DNA of 59,143 nt, the filler included, from Basidiobolus ranarum (taxonomy: Eukaryota): NCBI GenBank assembly GCA_040143965.1. It is 8 parts of 8 records of this genome, joined end to end, with 100 filler letters (N's around TTAATTAATTAA, not from the genome) between each part and the next. Parts side by side here need not be neighbours in the genome. Positions count along the whole stretch, not along the records: positions 1 to 7,324 come from JASJQH010001140.1; positions 7,425 to 14,741 come from JASJQH010001141.1; 6 more parts are not named here. One strand, 5' to 3'. The position numbers were made by a program, and so were the translations under genes. Shown here piece by piece: positions 1 through 10,628 of this stretch (position 1 is the stretch's first letter; every line of letters starts with the position of its first letter). The notes under the pieces are model-generated. The model was not told the origin of the DNA, ran no database searches, and worked only from the letters and a program-made list of their open reading frames with translations.

Positions 1-362
1 TTTTGAAGGTGACAAATTAGCATTCAAGTGGTAATTGTGTAAAATTTGAGTTATGTTTTTTGCACATGTGTTGATCCATAGTTCTCTGAGATTTTAGCCA
101 ATCATTTGCAAATATTTTGCAAGATCTTGAAATTTCACTCCTGAAACTGAAAAAATTGATTAAAATCAAATCTAACTTGACAATTTTATGACACTAAGTA
201 AATGGTCAACCCCAAATGGATTAAAATTGTGATGGTTTTCCTATGATAACAATCCTTAAATTTCTCTTAGGGGAATGTGATCAACTTTATCCAACCCCAA
301 TAAATAAAAGTAAAAATAGATGTAATCCAATCACCTATAATCCTAAACATGAGTCAACGATG

Positions 363-570
363 AAACATATTGATATGTAACATTCATTTTATTCAAGAGA
401 GAGTTGAAGACACAGAAGCAAACTTGATTTATTGTAATACTGAAAACATGCTTTCTGATACACTAATGAGACCACTCAAAACTTCAAGTTTTGAAAAGTT
501 AAGAGCAGGCATGAGCATTAGTGAATATGAGCACAATACTGAATAAGAATTAAGGGAAGGTGTTGGATAA
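363..570 (+). mobile_element. Degenerate Ty1/copia retrotransposon 3' end: RNase H C-terminus, polypurine tract and probable LTR start
   Basis: Manual translation from 363 gives KHIDM*H, a frameshift, then HFIQERVEDTEANLIYCNTENMLSDTLMRPLKTSSFEKLRAGMSI, matching the copia RNase H end (KHIDIRYHFIRE...YCPTENMLADILTKPL...FEKLR). Purine run AAGGGAAGG (552-560) directly precedes TGTTGG at 561. Confidence 0.85.
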
Positions 571-2120
571 TTAATCTTTATTCAACATTCTAGTTAACTT
601 TAGTTAAAATACATGTATCAGATACAGTAAGCAACTTATCTATTGCTCTATATTCTAATTAAGAATAACTCTGTATCAATATAACTAGTATGTCTTATTA
701 CCCCTACCTATCTATTATATCTTATTAAACAAACTCCTGATTATCTCAAACAATTATTTTACTTAACAACTATATCAGTCACCATATTCTCTTGCAAATA
801 AAGTAACTAAAACACTATCATAAGTGGCCTCTGATATACAAAGTCTATCCCCATTATGTCAAGATCCTCCAACACATGTACACAAAACTACAAACATTAA
901 CTTTTGACTCAATAACTCAATAAGTGAAGACTACCAATTTCTTCCAGTTCTCCAAACCATTTCCAACAAACTCTTAAAATACCTCAACAGAATCTACTTA
1001 GAGTATTTCTATATATTTGAAAATTGTCAGAGTACTGTATTTCTTCTAACTGGTCCAAAAGAGTCCAGACTTTGTACACATGTGCCTGGGACCTTCTTGA
1101 ACATATATTATATGCTTGTTTATCTGTTCTTTGAAATAAGTAAAAATTTCAACTTGTACCCAACATCAATTAGTTATAAGCATAAGTTCTTGTAGACCTC
1201 CAATTATTTCCATCAACTCCCAAAATACTGCAATACTTCAGAATAGTTAGTCAAGATGCATTATGCATGATTTAATTCAGCATTCTTTATGCTTTTTTCT
1301 GGTAACTTTTGAGTTTCTGTGCTCTCTTTGGCTCACAAGACTGCTTTCATATTCATAAGCATTTTAATGTCACTTTTAGTATTCTTACCCAAATGGGCAA
1401 CAGTACCATAAAGGCTGGAGTTAATGGTACATATTTTCATTAGTGTTATTCATTGGTTTCATGAAAGTTGAATGGAGAAAGCTTCTTAATCCTGGTTCCA
1501 ATAGAATCTAACATTCTGCTTGTATTGCATATAGAATGGTACAGTAATTTCAGAGAGGTTGAGAGTACAGATTGTTACTAATCCACAAGTAGTACAAACA
1601 CCCTTAATCTGGTACATTGGTCATATCTGAAGTTTCTCAGATTTTGATGGTCATGGAAGTTCACCTTTGATATGGTGTCTGTATTCAACAAAAACATCTG
1701 ATATTTGAAAATAACTTTTGTCACCACCAATGCTGTGTATGCCATCTTTGAACATGATCATGATTTGTACATTATCTTTAAGTACAAATGCAAGTGGCTA
1801 ATTCCTGCCTGTTTCTACAAATGATTAAGATTAAAGATATATACACCTTCGTGTCAATATAATTCAACATTATCAAATAACTCGGGAGATAACACTCTAC
1901 ATCATCCTAATAGTATGGTATATTGAACCTATATATTTTACTACATAATCAATGACAAATAATGCAAGTGAGAAAGCAACTCGTCATTCACAAAACTCCC
2001 ATTCCCAATGCTCCAAAAGATAAATATAGATTAAAGTGGATTAATATGGATCCTCTAAGTTATGCAAAACCATCCATCTGTCCAGAGTGGTATCAGCCAC
2101 GTTTCAAGAGAAATCTATTT

Positions 2121-3101
2121 TTATATACAGAGGAAGTAAACTAGCCATACAAACAATAATGAAATTGGGAAGCCTATTACATTCGCGGATGAGCAGACTT
2201 GGTCTTCTATTTCCTGACCAGTAATAATGATCTGGTGACTTGGTAGATTTATTGGAGGACTAAGTCGGGTATTCCCAGACCTCAGCAGACTTTGAAAATC
2301 CTCTACACGATCGGCTAGACCGGGTAACACCGTGTCTGGATAACAACAAAGGATTCGTCGACGGATCCTCAGAAAACGGTCCAAATACTCCACCTCGGGG
2401 CCAATCAAGGGACCAGCCAATCGAATGATACTTCTTAAGCTGAACCCATCGTCCGTTTGGTATCCATGTTGAAAGACCGTATCAAAGAAGATCGCCTTAC
2501 CAAGATAGCTTTGAATACCCACTTCATTAGCTAGTTTGATGGCTGGCTCGAATACATGTATATCTAAAGCACGGTTCTGGGATTTTCGAAAGCTTGCTTG
2601 GCAGGAAACCCGACGCCAAACGTCACAGAAACCGTCGAAGTTACTGGGGTCTCCTTTGACCAAGTTACAATCGGTTTGATTACTAAAACGAAGTAAAGAG
2701 ATAAAATACTTTCCAAAGGGACTTCGTAGATGGTCTTTTTTATAGTCGGTTATCACGGATAATGCTGTACCAGTAGCAGTGGAAAATCCAGCAAAACCAC
2801 AAGTAAATCCTTTACCATCTTTGAGATTTTTACAAAATGAATAATCCAGTTTTGTATCTTGTGTCTCGAATGCATTAGTAATGGCGAGAATATTTTTACG
2901 AACTTCTGGTGGTACTGGGGTAAATGACCCGTTAAAGGGCAGAGGTGGTGTTAATACACATTCAGCAATGGGTTTTCTGTATGTGAAGAAGGCACAATTT
3001 TGAGGGGAGTTGGAGAATTGATCTTGACAGTATGGGAAAGATGCGGCGGTGACTGTCGCTATCAGCAGCAATATATGACTTACAGAAGTGTAAAACTTCA
3101 T
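2121..3101 (-). CDS. GH46-family chitosanase, signal peptide, probable GPI-anchor signal
   Basis: Motifs NAFETQ...Y...DGKGFTCGFAGFSTATG and AIFFDTVFQHG parallel GH46 (catalytic Glu and Asp, DGRGYT). Hydrophobic N-terminus; C-terminal SSA followed by a hydrophobic tail. Intronless. Confidence 0.8.
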   Translation of the reverse strand: MKFYTSVSHILLLIATVTAASFPYCQDQFSNSPQNCAFFTYRKPIAECVLTPPLPFNGSFTPVPPEVRKNILAITNAFETQDTKLDYSFCKNLKDGKGFTCGFAGFSTATGTALSVITDYKKDHLRSPFGKYFISLLRFSNQTDCNLVKGDPSNFDGFCDVWRRVSCQASFRKSQNRALDIHVFEPAIKLANEVGIQSYLGKAIFFDTVFQHGYQTDDGFSLRSIIRLAGPLIGPEVEYLDRFLRIRRRILCCYPDTVLPGLADRVEDFQSLLRSGNTRLSPPINLPSHQIIITGQEIEDQVCSSANVIGFPISLLFVWLVYFLCI

Positions 3102-3464
3102 GTCTAAGGTAAAGAAACTCTACGCTATCCTGAGGGTATATAGAATTAACCGCTACCTAGGCCAGTCTTTCCATGGCTTTTAGTCTAGATTCGGCGGCAT
3201 CTTTGTGAGTGTGATGCGATGTTATGTGGGGAAATAAGGTCGGTATATTCTCCATCTAATGCTTACAAAGGTTTTCTTTCCGTCAAATTTAGTCAGCCCC
3301 CGCCTCAAATATGTACTAAAGAATGCGTAACCCTGAATTAGTTATTTCTATAACCATACACTCTCTATACTAATGATCATAGTAAATAAATCTGGTGAAA
3401 AGCTATACATGTTTATTCTCTGCTGATACTTAAATTTATACGAATACATCCCTTCAAGGGTAAG

Positions 3465-3984
3465 CTAATCCAAAAATTGCCCATTTAAGATCATACTACG
3501 CATGGGAGATGCAGGGCGATCTGGAATATTTTTCGGGTTTTTAAGCGCTTGAACTCTCGCATGTGGGGGTTGAAGTTTATTTTCTACCATAAAATGTTAG
3601 CATTGAATATAAATACCATGGTCGTATCTCCTTTTACCTTTATGTGTAGTGTCTGGTAATTGACTAGATTTCTAAATCCAGACAAAATCGTTAACAAAGT
3701 ATGGTATTTAGACAGGGGAGACCCATACTTACTGGTAATGATGAATAGTTAAACAGTTGAAAGTAACCGGAAATGTTGGTGTTGGGAGGTGAGTTTGGAG
3801 GTGAGCTTCCAATACCGAAGCTTCCCGGCTTCTCGCCAAAGTTGTTCATAAAATTGGGGCTTGTGGGAGAAGTGCAGGTAATATGAGAGAAGGACTGTCT
3901 ACCTAGAGAAGAACCAACAGACAAGGCGCGACGACGGCCTGGTATGTTAAGAGGTTGAGGGCGTTCGGTGCTAAGGGAAGACAT
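3465..3984 (-). CDS. Small 3-exon S/P-rich hypothetical protein (about 134 aa)
   Basis: Exons 3984-3733, 3671-3638 and 3583-3465 join in frame via GT-AG introns of 61 and 54 nt. Begins MSSLSTERPQPLNIPGRRRALS and ends DRPASPMRSMILNGQFLD*. Confidence 0.7.
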
Positions 3985-4222
3985 TTTTACCTACTCTTGG
4001 CATGAACAGCACCATTATCTTTTATATAAGTTTGTAGAATATTGGTTTATGGTTAATGTTTTACTGTCAACGAATGAATAGGTGAGAGGTCATATGGTAA
4101 TTTGCATGACAACAATGATTTAGGCGAATTATGAACCTCAATGGTGATTCAGCTTCGCTCTTATAAGCTATGATATCAACTTCCCTCAGTCACCTGAGTG
4201 ACTTGTTTCTCCTCAATCCTTC

Positions 4223-4650
4223 TTAGGGTTAGGGTAATGCAGTGGTAGTGCCAAAAACTCCTCACTTCCTTTTGTTAATTAGTACTTTTTATTATTATCG
4301 GTTGTACTGGCTTAGTTGTACTGGCTGAACTCGGGGTTAGAGCCTAAAGTACATGAGTGGTTGAATTTTCTGGACCACAATGCAGGGTTAGGGTTGGATT
4401 CGGAGCTGGTTAGAGTAATACATAAAGTCGTACATAGGAATAACCCAAAATCCTTATAGGGTTAGGGGTTAGGGCTAAGGTTAATGCTAATCGTTGATCG
4501 ATTCTTAAAATGGTTTGTAGCACACCAACTTGATTGATTACGATTAAGCAATGGAAGGAATGGAGTAAGGAATGGAGGGTTAGGGTTAGGAAATACTCGG
4601 AGTTAGTCAAGTTTAGAGCCGGGTTAGAGTGCATGGTACTCAGGGTTAGG
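4223..4650 (+). repeat. Interstitial cluster of degenerate telomere-like TTAGGG motifs
   Basis: Repeated TTAGGG/GGGTTAG runs near 4223, 4333, 4385, 4458-4480, 4577-4590, 4621 and 4643, all on the same strand. Confidence 0.75.
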
Positions 4651-5125
4651 CTTGATTATGTATTCCACGCCTTATTTGGGATTTCTATCATATCTGGCCA
4701 GTAGATGTTGTCTAACTCATTGTAATGGGGACTAATTTAGTAACTGCATTTGAAGATGGTCAAATATGAAAAAAGTTAAAGGAAAAATTAATCTACGCCT
4801 AGCGTGCTCCCGATCCAACTTTTGATATGTAAGATTTGTATAGACAGTAATTACTCAAGAACAACGATACTTGTGCAAGCCCTTTGTCCAATAAGAGTAG
4901 CCTATCGGAGCTAAAAACGGATGTTTTGTAATGAAAATAGTAAATGAAGAATCCACATATGGCAAGTACTGGTGCTTAGTTTGGGGGCTTCTTATATATA
5001 TATAAACATTCAAGACATCATTGCTTTATAAGCGCTTAAAGGTACTGCAGTGATTCCAAAACTCAAGCTACTGATTCTGCGCAGGTCGCCACCTTCTATA
5101 CCTCGCACCCTTTACCTAATCACTG

Positions 5126-6928
5126 ATGGTTGCCCTTCGTGCTTCTTCTAATTTAGTTGAACCCGCTTCTTATATTGCTACTGCCAGAGTCACTAGCTAT
5201 GAGCTTCGTCGAGAAAAATGTTGGTTTGCATTATCAATTACACCAGACCATTCTCAAGAAAGCGTTAGTGGCCTACCAAATCAAGAGCAATACATAGTAT
5301 ATCGTCTCTTCAGTGATTTCAAATATTTCGCTAGTTATCTTACACTTGAATGCGATAAGTATGCTGAAAAGTGTCCTAAACTTACAACAAGAAAACGAAT
5401 TCTTTCTTCTAAAAGCTCGCATGCCGATCGCAGAGTTGAAGACATCAACAATTTCTTATCTCTAGTGTTTACTCTTCCCCTCAATATTCGTGGTTCTACC
5501 TGTTTCACTGAATTCTTTGGCTTATGGGAGTCGGATTTGAGCCAAGGAGCATTAGCAACCTCGGCGTCAATTGATTTCAGTAAAGCCACAATTCCTACCG
5601 TCAGTTCTGTTCAAGAGGCTTTCGAATCGTTCGAGTTGGAGAACTCTCCTGTGTCTTCAGCCAGAAGCTCACTTCAACGATCCAACACTCTTGCCTCATG
5701 TGCCTCGTCAACAGTGTCAGAGCCCCCTCTTAAAATGGCCCCTTGGAATGTACGACATATGACTGCCAAAGAGAAGGTAGTCTGGCAGACCAAGAGGAGT
5801 TCATTGATTCGTTCATATAGTTGTCGCTCACAGCGTAGCGGAAATGTGGCAGTCATCTCACCATTCGTTCGGATCAAAGTTATTTTGAACCCCGAAAATA
5901 TCGTCAACATCTTGGTTCCTCGCAACTCTTCATACGATGATCTTAGGAAACGAATTTTCGAGAAATTTTGTGAAAATCAAGCATTTAAGCTTGAAGACTT
6001 TGAATCCGTCGTATTGGCCTACAAGCGGGATAACAGCTTAGTGGTAATTGCTACCAATGAAGATCTTCGTGATGTTCTATCTGATGAAATTGATAAATAT
6101 ACCATATACCTTCCTTCCGCAAAACTGTTGGACGAGTTCTTTTGGATGCGTGAAGTCGCTGAGATAAGTAAGACTGCTACCAGTGAGAAATCAACTAATA
6201 GTAACCGTGACTCGGGATATATTTCATATCGTTCACTTAGTAACGAAAGTCTTCGTGAACGTTTCGTGCAGGAGAATCCTTATCAAGGTCATCAGAAGCA
6301 AAAATCACTCTCTGCTCTTCAACGTCAAAACTCATTTGCTTCCCTAAAAAGACAAAACTCACTTGCCACTCTACGTAACAAGTCCACACAAGGTTCTAAT
6401 TTGTACCGACAGAATACGATGGCATCTCTTCATCAAAAAACTGTCCTTGCTTCCCTCAAACGTCAAAATTCCGAACCTAGTCACTTCAATACAGAGCCGA
6501 AAGAAAATGATTCCTTAGATGGAGATTTGACCAACACATCGGAAGATTCGCTTACCTCCAAAAACAGAATCTTTAAACTCAAAGTAGTGTTGGATTCTGA
6601 AAGTTGCGTGGTCATTCCCATCCCGAATAATATAGCCTATTCTGAGCTTGAACGAGTGATTTTCAAAGCTTTTATTCTGGCAGGATATACAACTGAGAGA
6701 CTTGAATCACTTCAGTTAATTTATAGAACGGAGGATTCCCACTTCTTGGCAGTAGAGAGTGATCAAGATGTTCGTAACCTGATAGCTACTGTTCGCTTGG
6801 ACGAGCCCATAATTACACCTAATATTTACTCTTTATCGCTCTACTTGTTCCCAAGAGGTATACTCAACTCATTGCGTCGAAGTGGAATTCTCTTGGATAT
6901 TCCTCTGGACATGATTTATGTATCATAG
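5126..6928 (+). CDS. PX-domain protein with two PB1-like domains (Bem1/p40phox-like scaffold without an evident SH3)
   Basis: PX motif YIVYRLFSDF...RRVEDINNFL...EFF. Two PB1-like segments: RIKV...SYDDLRKRIFEKF...LAYK...ATNEDL and KLKV...YSELERVI...LIYRTED...ESDQDV. Confidence 0.75.
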   Translation: MVALRASSNLVEPASYIATARVTSYELRREKCWFALSITPDHSQESVSGLPNQEQYIVYRLFSDFKYFASYLTLECDKYAEKCPKLTTRKRILSSKSSHADRRVEDINNFLSLVFTLPLNIRGSTCFTEFFGLWESDLSQGALATSASIDFSKATIPTVSSVQEAFESFELENSPVSSARSSLQRSNTLASCASSTVSEPPLKMAPWNVRHMTAKEKVVWQTKRSSLIRSYSCRSQRSGNVAVISPFVRIKVILNPENIVNILVPRNSSYDDLRKRIFEKFCENQAFKLEDFESVVLAYKRDNSLVVIATNEDLRDVLSDEIDKYTIYLPSAKLLDEFFWMREVAEISKTATSEKSTNSNRDSGYISYRSLSNESLRERFVQENPYQGHQKQKSLSALQRQNSFASLKRQNSLATLRNKSTQGSNLYRQNTMASLHQKTVLASLKRQNSEPSHFNTEPKENDSLDGDLTNTSEDSLTSKNRIFKLKVVLDSESCVVIPIPNNIAYSELERVIFKAFILAGYTTERLESLQLIYRTEDSHFLAVESDQDVRNLIATVRLDEPIITPNIYSLSLYLFPRGILNSLRRSGILLDIPLDMIYVS

Positions 6929-7324
6929 TACCATAAGCGCTAATTCATTGCTTAACATTTATGCTGTACATAAAGTATATTTTCTACTCAATTCTCCACC
7001 TCCTTTACCTACCAATTGCACCCGTGCAAAGATATTAATTCAAATCAGCACTTCAAATAGATAAAATCCATTAGACAATTAATTTATTCAAATTGGCCAT
7101 TAAATTGGGCATATATTTAGAGTTATAGCAAATATAGATAGTAATTAGGATTAGGGTTATGACGGCATCCAGGTAACTACTATATTAGGATGTGGGTTGG
7201 GTTTAATGCAGATTCTAAGTTTAGACTGAAGAAACCCCAACGTAATTAATAAAATAAGAAAGGCAAGTCCATAAGTTACGTCAATCTTTGCTAATGCACG
7301 TGTTTTCATTATCAGCCCATATAT

Positions 7325-7424
7325 NNNNNNNNNNNNNNNNNNNNNNNNNNNNNNNNNNNNNNNNNNNNTTAATTAATTAANNNNNNNNNNNNNNNNNNNN
7401 NNNNNNNNNNNNNNNNNNNNNNNN
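7325..7424. other. Artificial contig linker
   Basis: N44-TTAATTAATTAA-N44 (stops in all six frames), identical at all seven junctions. Confidence 0.98.
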
Positions 7425-7570
7425 AACAACCCTCTCTTGTCGAGTATGTTTAACCCTTCTCTTTTTCTACCTATAATAGGAGCACCATGGTCATCTTTGA
7501 TACCATACGAACTGAAGAGAATCACTAACAAAACGAACAACGAAGTATTATGGATTTTTTTGAATGACAT
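7425..7570 (-). CDS. Possible first exon of a gene truncated by the contig end
   Basis: ATG at 7570, hydrophobic stretch SLFVLLVILF, plausible donor after ...APII. No family recognised. Confidence 0.3.
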
Positions 7571-8243
7571 TTGCCTGTGTGTTCTAGAGATTAATCTTCA
7601 GTGTTTTCGTTGGAGATCACAAGTAGTCCAAGGAACGGCAAAAGGAAGAAGTGAACCACGCTAAAGAGGGTAGGTGAGAGCGAATAAGTCAGAAGCGTGG
7701 TGGTAGTGCTTTATACTTGACAAATCCTAATGGTAAATGGACAACTTCCAATGAAACATTGTGACAGAGTAATTTGTTTGGGGTTGACTTTGGCACGGAA
7801 TATTTCCGAGCTGTTTTCAAACTAACAACCTCGAAGAAGGAGGAAGCGATATCACTACCATCATGTTTCAGTGTGATAGAATCATCGTGACACTCAAGTT
7901 TCGTAGATTTAGCTCAGTTACCAAATTTACATCGCTCATGCTAAAATTATCCATCAAATATCACTTGCCTCGGCTTTGACACATCGTGTGCACCATTACA
8001 AATCGGGCACATACCCAGTGATCATTGATAGCCTACCATTAGTTACAATCACTGGAAAAACTGGACCTCTGAAGACACTGCTCAGCATTGCATAGCATTT
8101 AAATAAAATTAGAATCGTTAGTATATTTTAATTATCCTTCATATCTTCTATCATATACAATCTACCTAGACTCAAATTAATCGTTTTCTTCTCTCTGAAA
8201 CTAATGGTTGTGGCCTTATAGTCTACATAAAAAATATTTAACG

Positions 8244-9551
8244 ATGGCAACATTACAAAACCAAGGCTCTGAAACAGATAGTCATCATGTTGGTCTGAAG
8301 CTCATGAGGCTTTCACGTCCCTCATTGGCCCTGGCACAACCAATATTTTATGAGAATGGGACTAGTTCGCTAGCAGAAACTTTGCATCAACTAGCTTTAA
8401 AGGATCCCATAGTACTTGAGAAAGAAGTCAAATCTCCTGAAGAAAACAACTCCTCACTTAAACTCCGAGATCTTGGTCTAAGCGAAACTTTGCTTCTTCC
8501 GGATTCTTGGGGAAGTGTTTACCTTGGAGAATTTCTCACCTGTTACCTGTGTTTAAATAATGAGGATACAGAGTCAGTCCGAGAACTTGGTATTAAGGTG
8601 GAACTTCAAACTACTTCAAAACGCTTCCCTTTAGCTGATACTACTACCTCCCCGCTTGAAATCTTGGCGCCAAATAAGGCCAGCGAAATAGTGGTTCAAC
8701 ATGAGATCAAGGAGCTCGGCATTCATATTCTTGTTTGTTCAGCCCAGTACCTAACTTCTACTGGAGAGAGAAAATTCATCCGAAAATTCTACAAGTTTCA
8801 AATTCAAAATCCTTTGGCAGTAAAAACCAAAGTAAATAATGGTCAAGATGGAAAAATTCTGTTGGAAATTCAATTACAAAACGTTGCAGCAAGTTCAATG
8901 CACCTTGAAAGTTTACGCTTTGAGCCAGCGGAGCCATTTGGTCATTCTGATTTAAACCAAATCATCCCTAATATGTCGCACCAGGTTAATGAAGAACAAT
9001 CGAGTTTATTCGGAGTGGGAGACTTCTTGTCGCCAAAAGATGTACGCCAATATGTCTATATGTTGACCCCTAAGAGCGTGAACGATATTGCTGCTCGCAC
9101 TACCAATGCATTAGGCAAGTTAGATATTATATGGCGCTCTGCACTTGGGGAATTCGGCAGACTCCAGACTAGTTCACTTATGCGTAAACCCCCTCCACTC
9201 GAAAGGATCGAGGTAAACGTGATCGAAATGCCAAAGGATGTTTATCTAGAAGAACCATTTCGGATTCAATGCCGAGCGATTAATCGTACACCTGCACCCA
9301 TGCATCTCCATTTAACCTGCAACAAAGCGAAGATGGGATCTATCCTAAGTGTGGGTTATTCCAGCAGGAACTTGGGGGATGTGCCTCCAAATGGCACTGT
9401 AGACTTCTCACTTGATTTCGTGCCACTTGCCCCAGGATTTCAAAGAATCGGTGGCCTAAGAATTACAGATAGTTTAGGTGGGTATGCTCAAGACTTTGAT
9501 TATTTTTGGGATGTATTTGTCTGCTACAGTCGAGAGCAACTAGATAGATGA
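8244..9551 (+). CDS. TRAPPC13: Trafficking protein particle complex subunit 13 (DUF974)
   Basis: LKLMRLSRPSL, LLLPDSWGSVYLGE, HEIKELGIHILVC, RKFYKFQ..PL.VKTK and GKLDIIWRSALGEFGRLQTS. First true ATG is 8244; the ORF track starts at a TTG. Confidence 0.92.
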   Translation: MATLQNQGSETDSHHVGLKLMRLSRPSLALAQPIFYENGTSSLAETLHQLALKDPIVLEKEVKSPEENNSSLKLRDLGLSETLLLPDSWGSVYLGEFLTCYLCLNNEDTESVRELGIKVELQTTSKRFPLADTTTSPLEILAPNKASEIVVQHEIKELGIHILVCSAQYLTSTGERKFIRKFYKFQIQNPLAVKTKVNNGQDGKILLEIQLQNVAASSMHLESLRFEPAEPFGHSDLNQIIPNMSHQVNEEQSSLFGVGDFLSPKDVRQYVYMLTPKSVNDIAARTTNALGKLDIIWRSALGEFGRLQTSSLMRKPPPLERIEVNVIEMPKDVYLEEPFRIQCRAINRTPAPMHLHLTCNKAKMGSILSVGYSSRNLGDVPPNGTVDFSLDFVPLAPGFQRIGGLRITDSLGGYAQDFDYFWDVFVCYSREQLDR

Positions 9552-9977
9552 TACAGCCTCGACTCTGTGGCATCCAAAGCTTCGATGTACCAGTCTACAT
9601 ACATATTAATGTTGTACTCTGCTTTACTATAATTCAATTGTTCTATATTTAAAGCCTTCCATATAAACATTCTAAAACCATACTCACACTGTGATGCCGC
9701 AATTTAAGCACACCTGAGTAATGGAGGTAAACTTCTATACATAGCTTCCAAGTTGATATTTTTCAGCGTACCATGCTCTACAATTTCCCATCTCTTGTGA
9801 TGAGCCTTTAGGACTGTAGCTCAATTTAGTCTGTTGCAATTAACAATGAGTCGAACTAAATTGACTTATCCAAGAGCAACACTTCCAACAAACCATCTTA
9901 AAACTGAAAATTTTCTATGAGTCTAATTCAATTCGAAAAAATAGGAAGTTAAGCAAATTTAACGTAGTAAAGAAGTC

Positions 9978-10628
9978 TCAAGTAGTTCCAGTAGATGGCC
10001 CGCTACTTGGTATATAATCTTTAATCGTTGGATTTTTACGCTCTAATGTAATGAAGTCTGGCACTGTTACTGTTCTATGAGGATCATAAGGCTCTACGAC
10101 TACTATTAAGGCTTTCTTGTATATGGTAAAGCCATCGTAAGTAAAGTCCTTTTGTTGTTTCCTCGCTTTAAAATCCAATTCTTCCTCTATTTTGACTGGG
10201 GCGTTTTGTAGTAGTAAATAATGTCGAGGTTGTGTGGAGCCTACTACAGTATAAGCCATTTGAAAGACCCCTAAAGACCACAACATATTTTAGGTATCTG
10301 ACAGTAATGGATTTTTTCATGTCAATATTTACCAGAACGATAGATCTCTGCTGGAGGATCTTTACTTTTAGAGTCGGAGATTTTTTTAGGAATTAAAGGT
10401 TGTAGAGCTGATAGAACCAACTTTAAAGTGAGGTTATAGGAAAAATACACACCACAGTTAACACCATATAAATAAGGGACTGAAAGAAAAACTTAGTACC
10501 TGAAATATATGATCACTAAACCAGCTTGTGTACTCGGGTTTTATATAAAGAATCATTTGAAGTACTTGACTCTTGGATATACGGAGATAACGAACTTCTC
10601 GCGTAGAAAAACTCTCATTTTCCGACAT
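9978..10628 (-). CDS. 3-exon hypothetical protein (about 169 aa)
   Basis: Exons 10628-10500, 10420-10333 and 10270-9978 join in frame via GT-AG introns: MSENESFSTREVRYLRISKSQVLQMILYIKPEYTSWFSDHIFQ/LVLSALQPLIPKK...YRS/GVFQMAYTVVGSTQPRHYLLL. Confidence 0.7.

Noticed and set aside
850-1830. Possible minus-strand transposon coding remnant
   Set aside because: Many stops and no motif I could assign; counted only as CpG-depleted debris.
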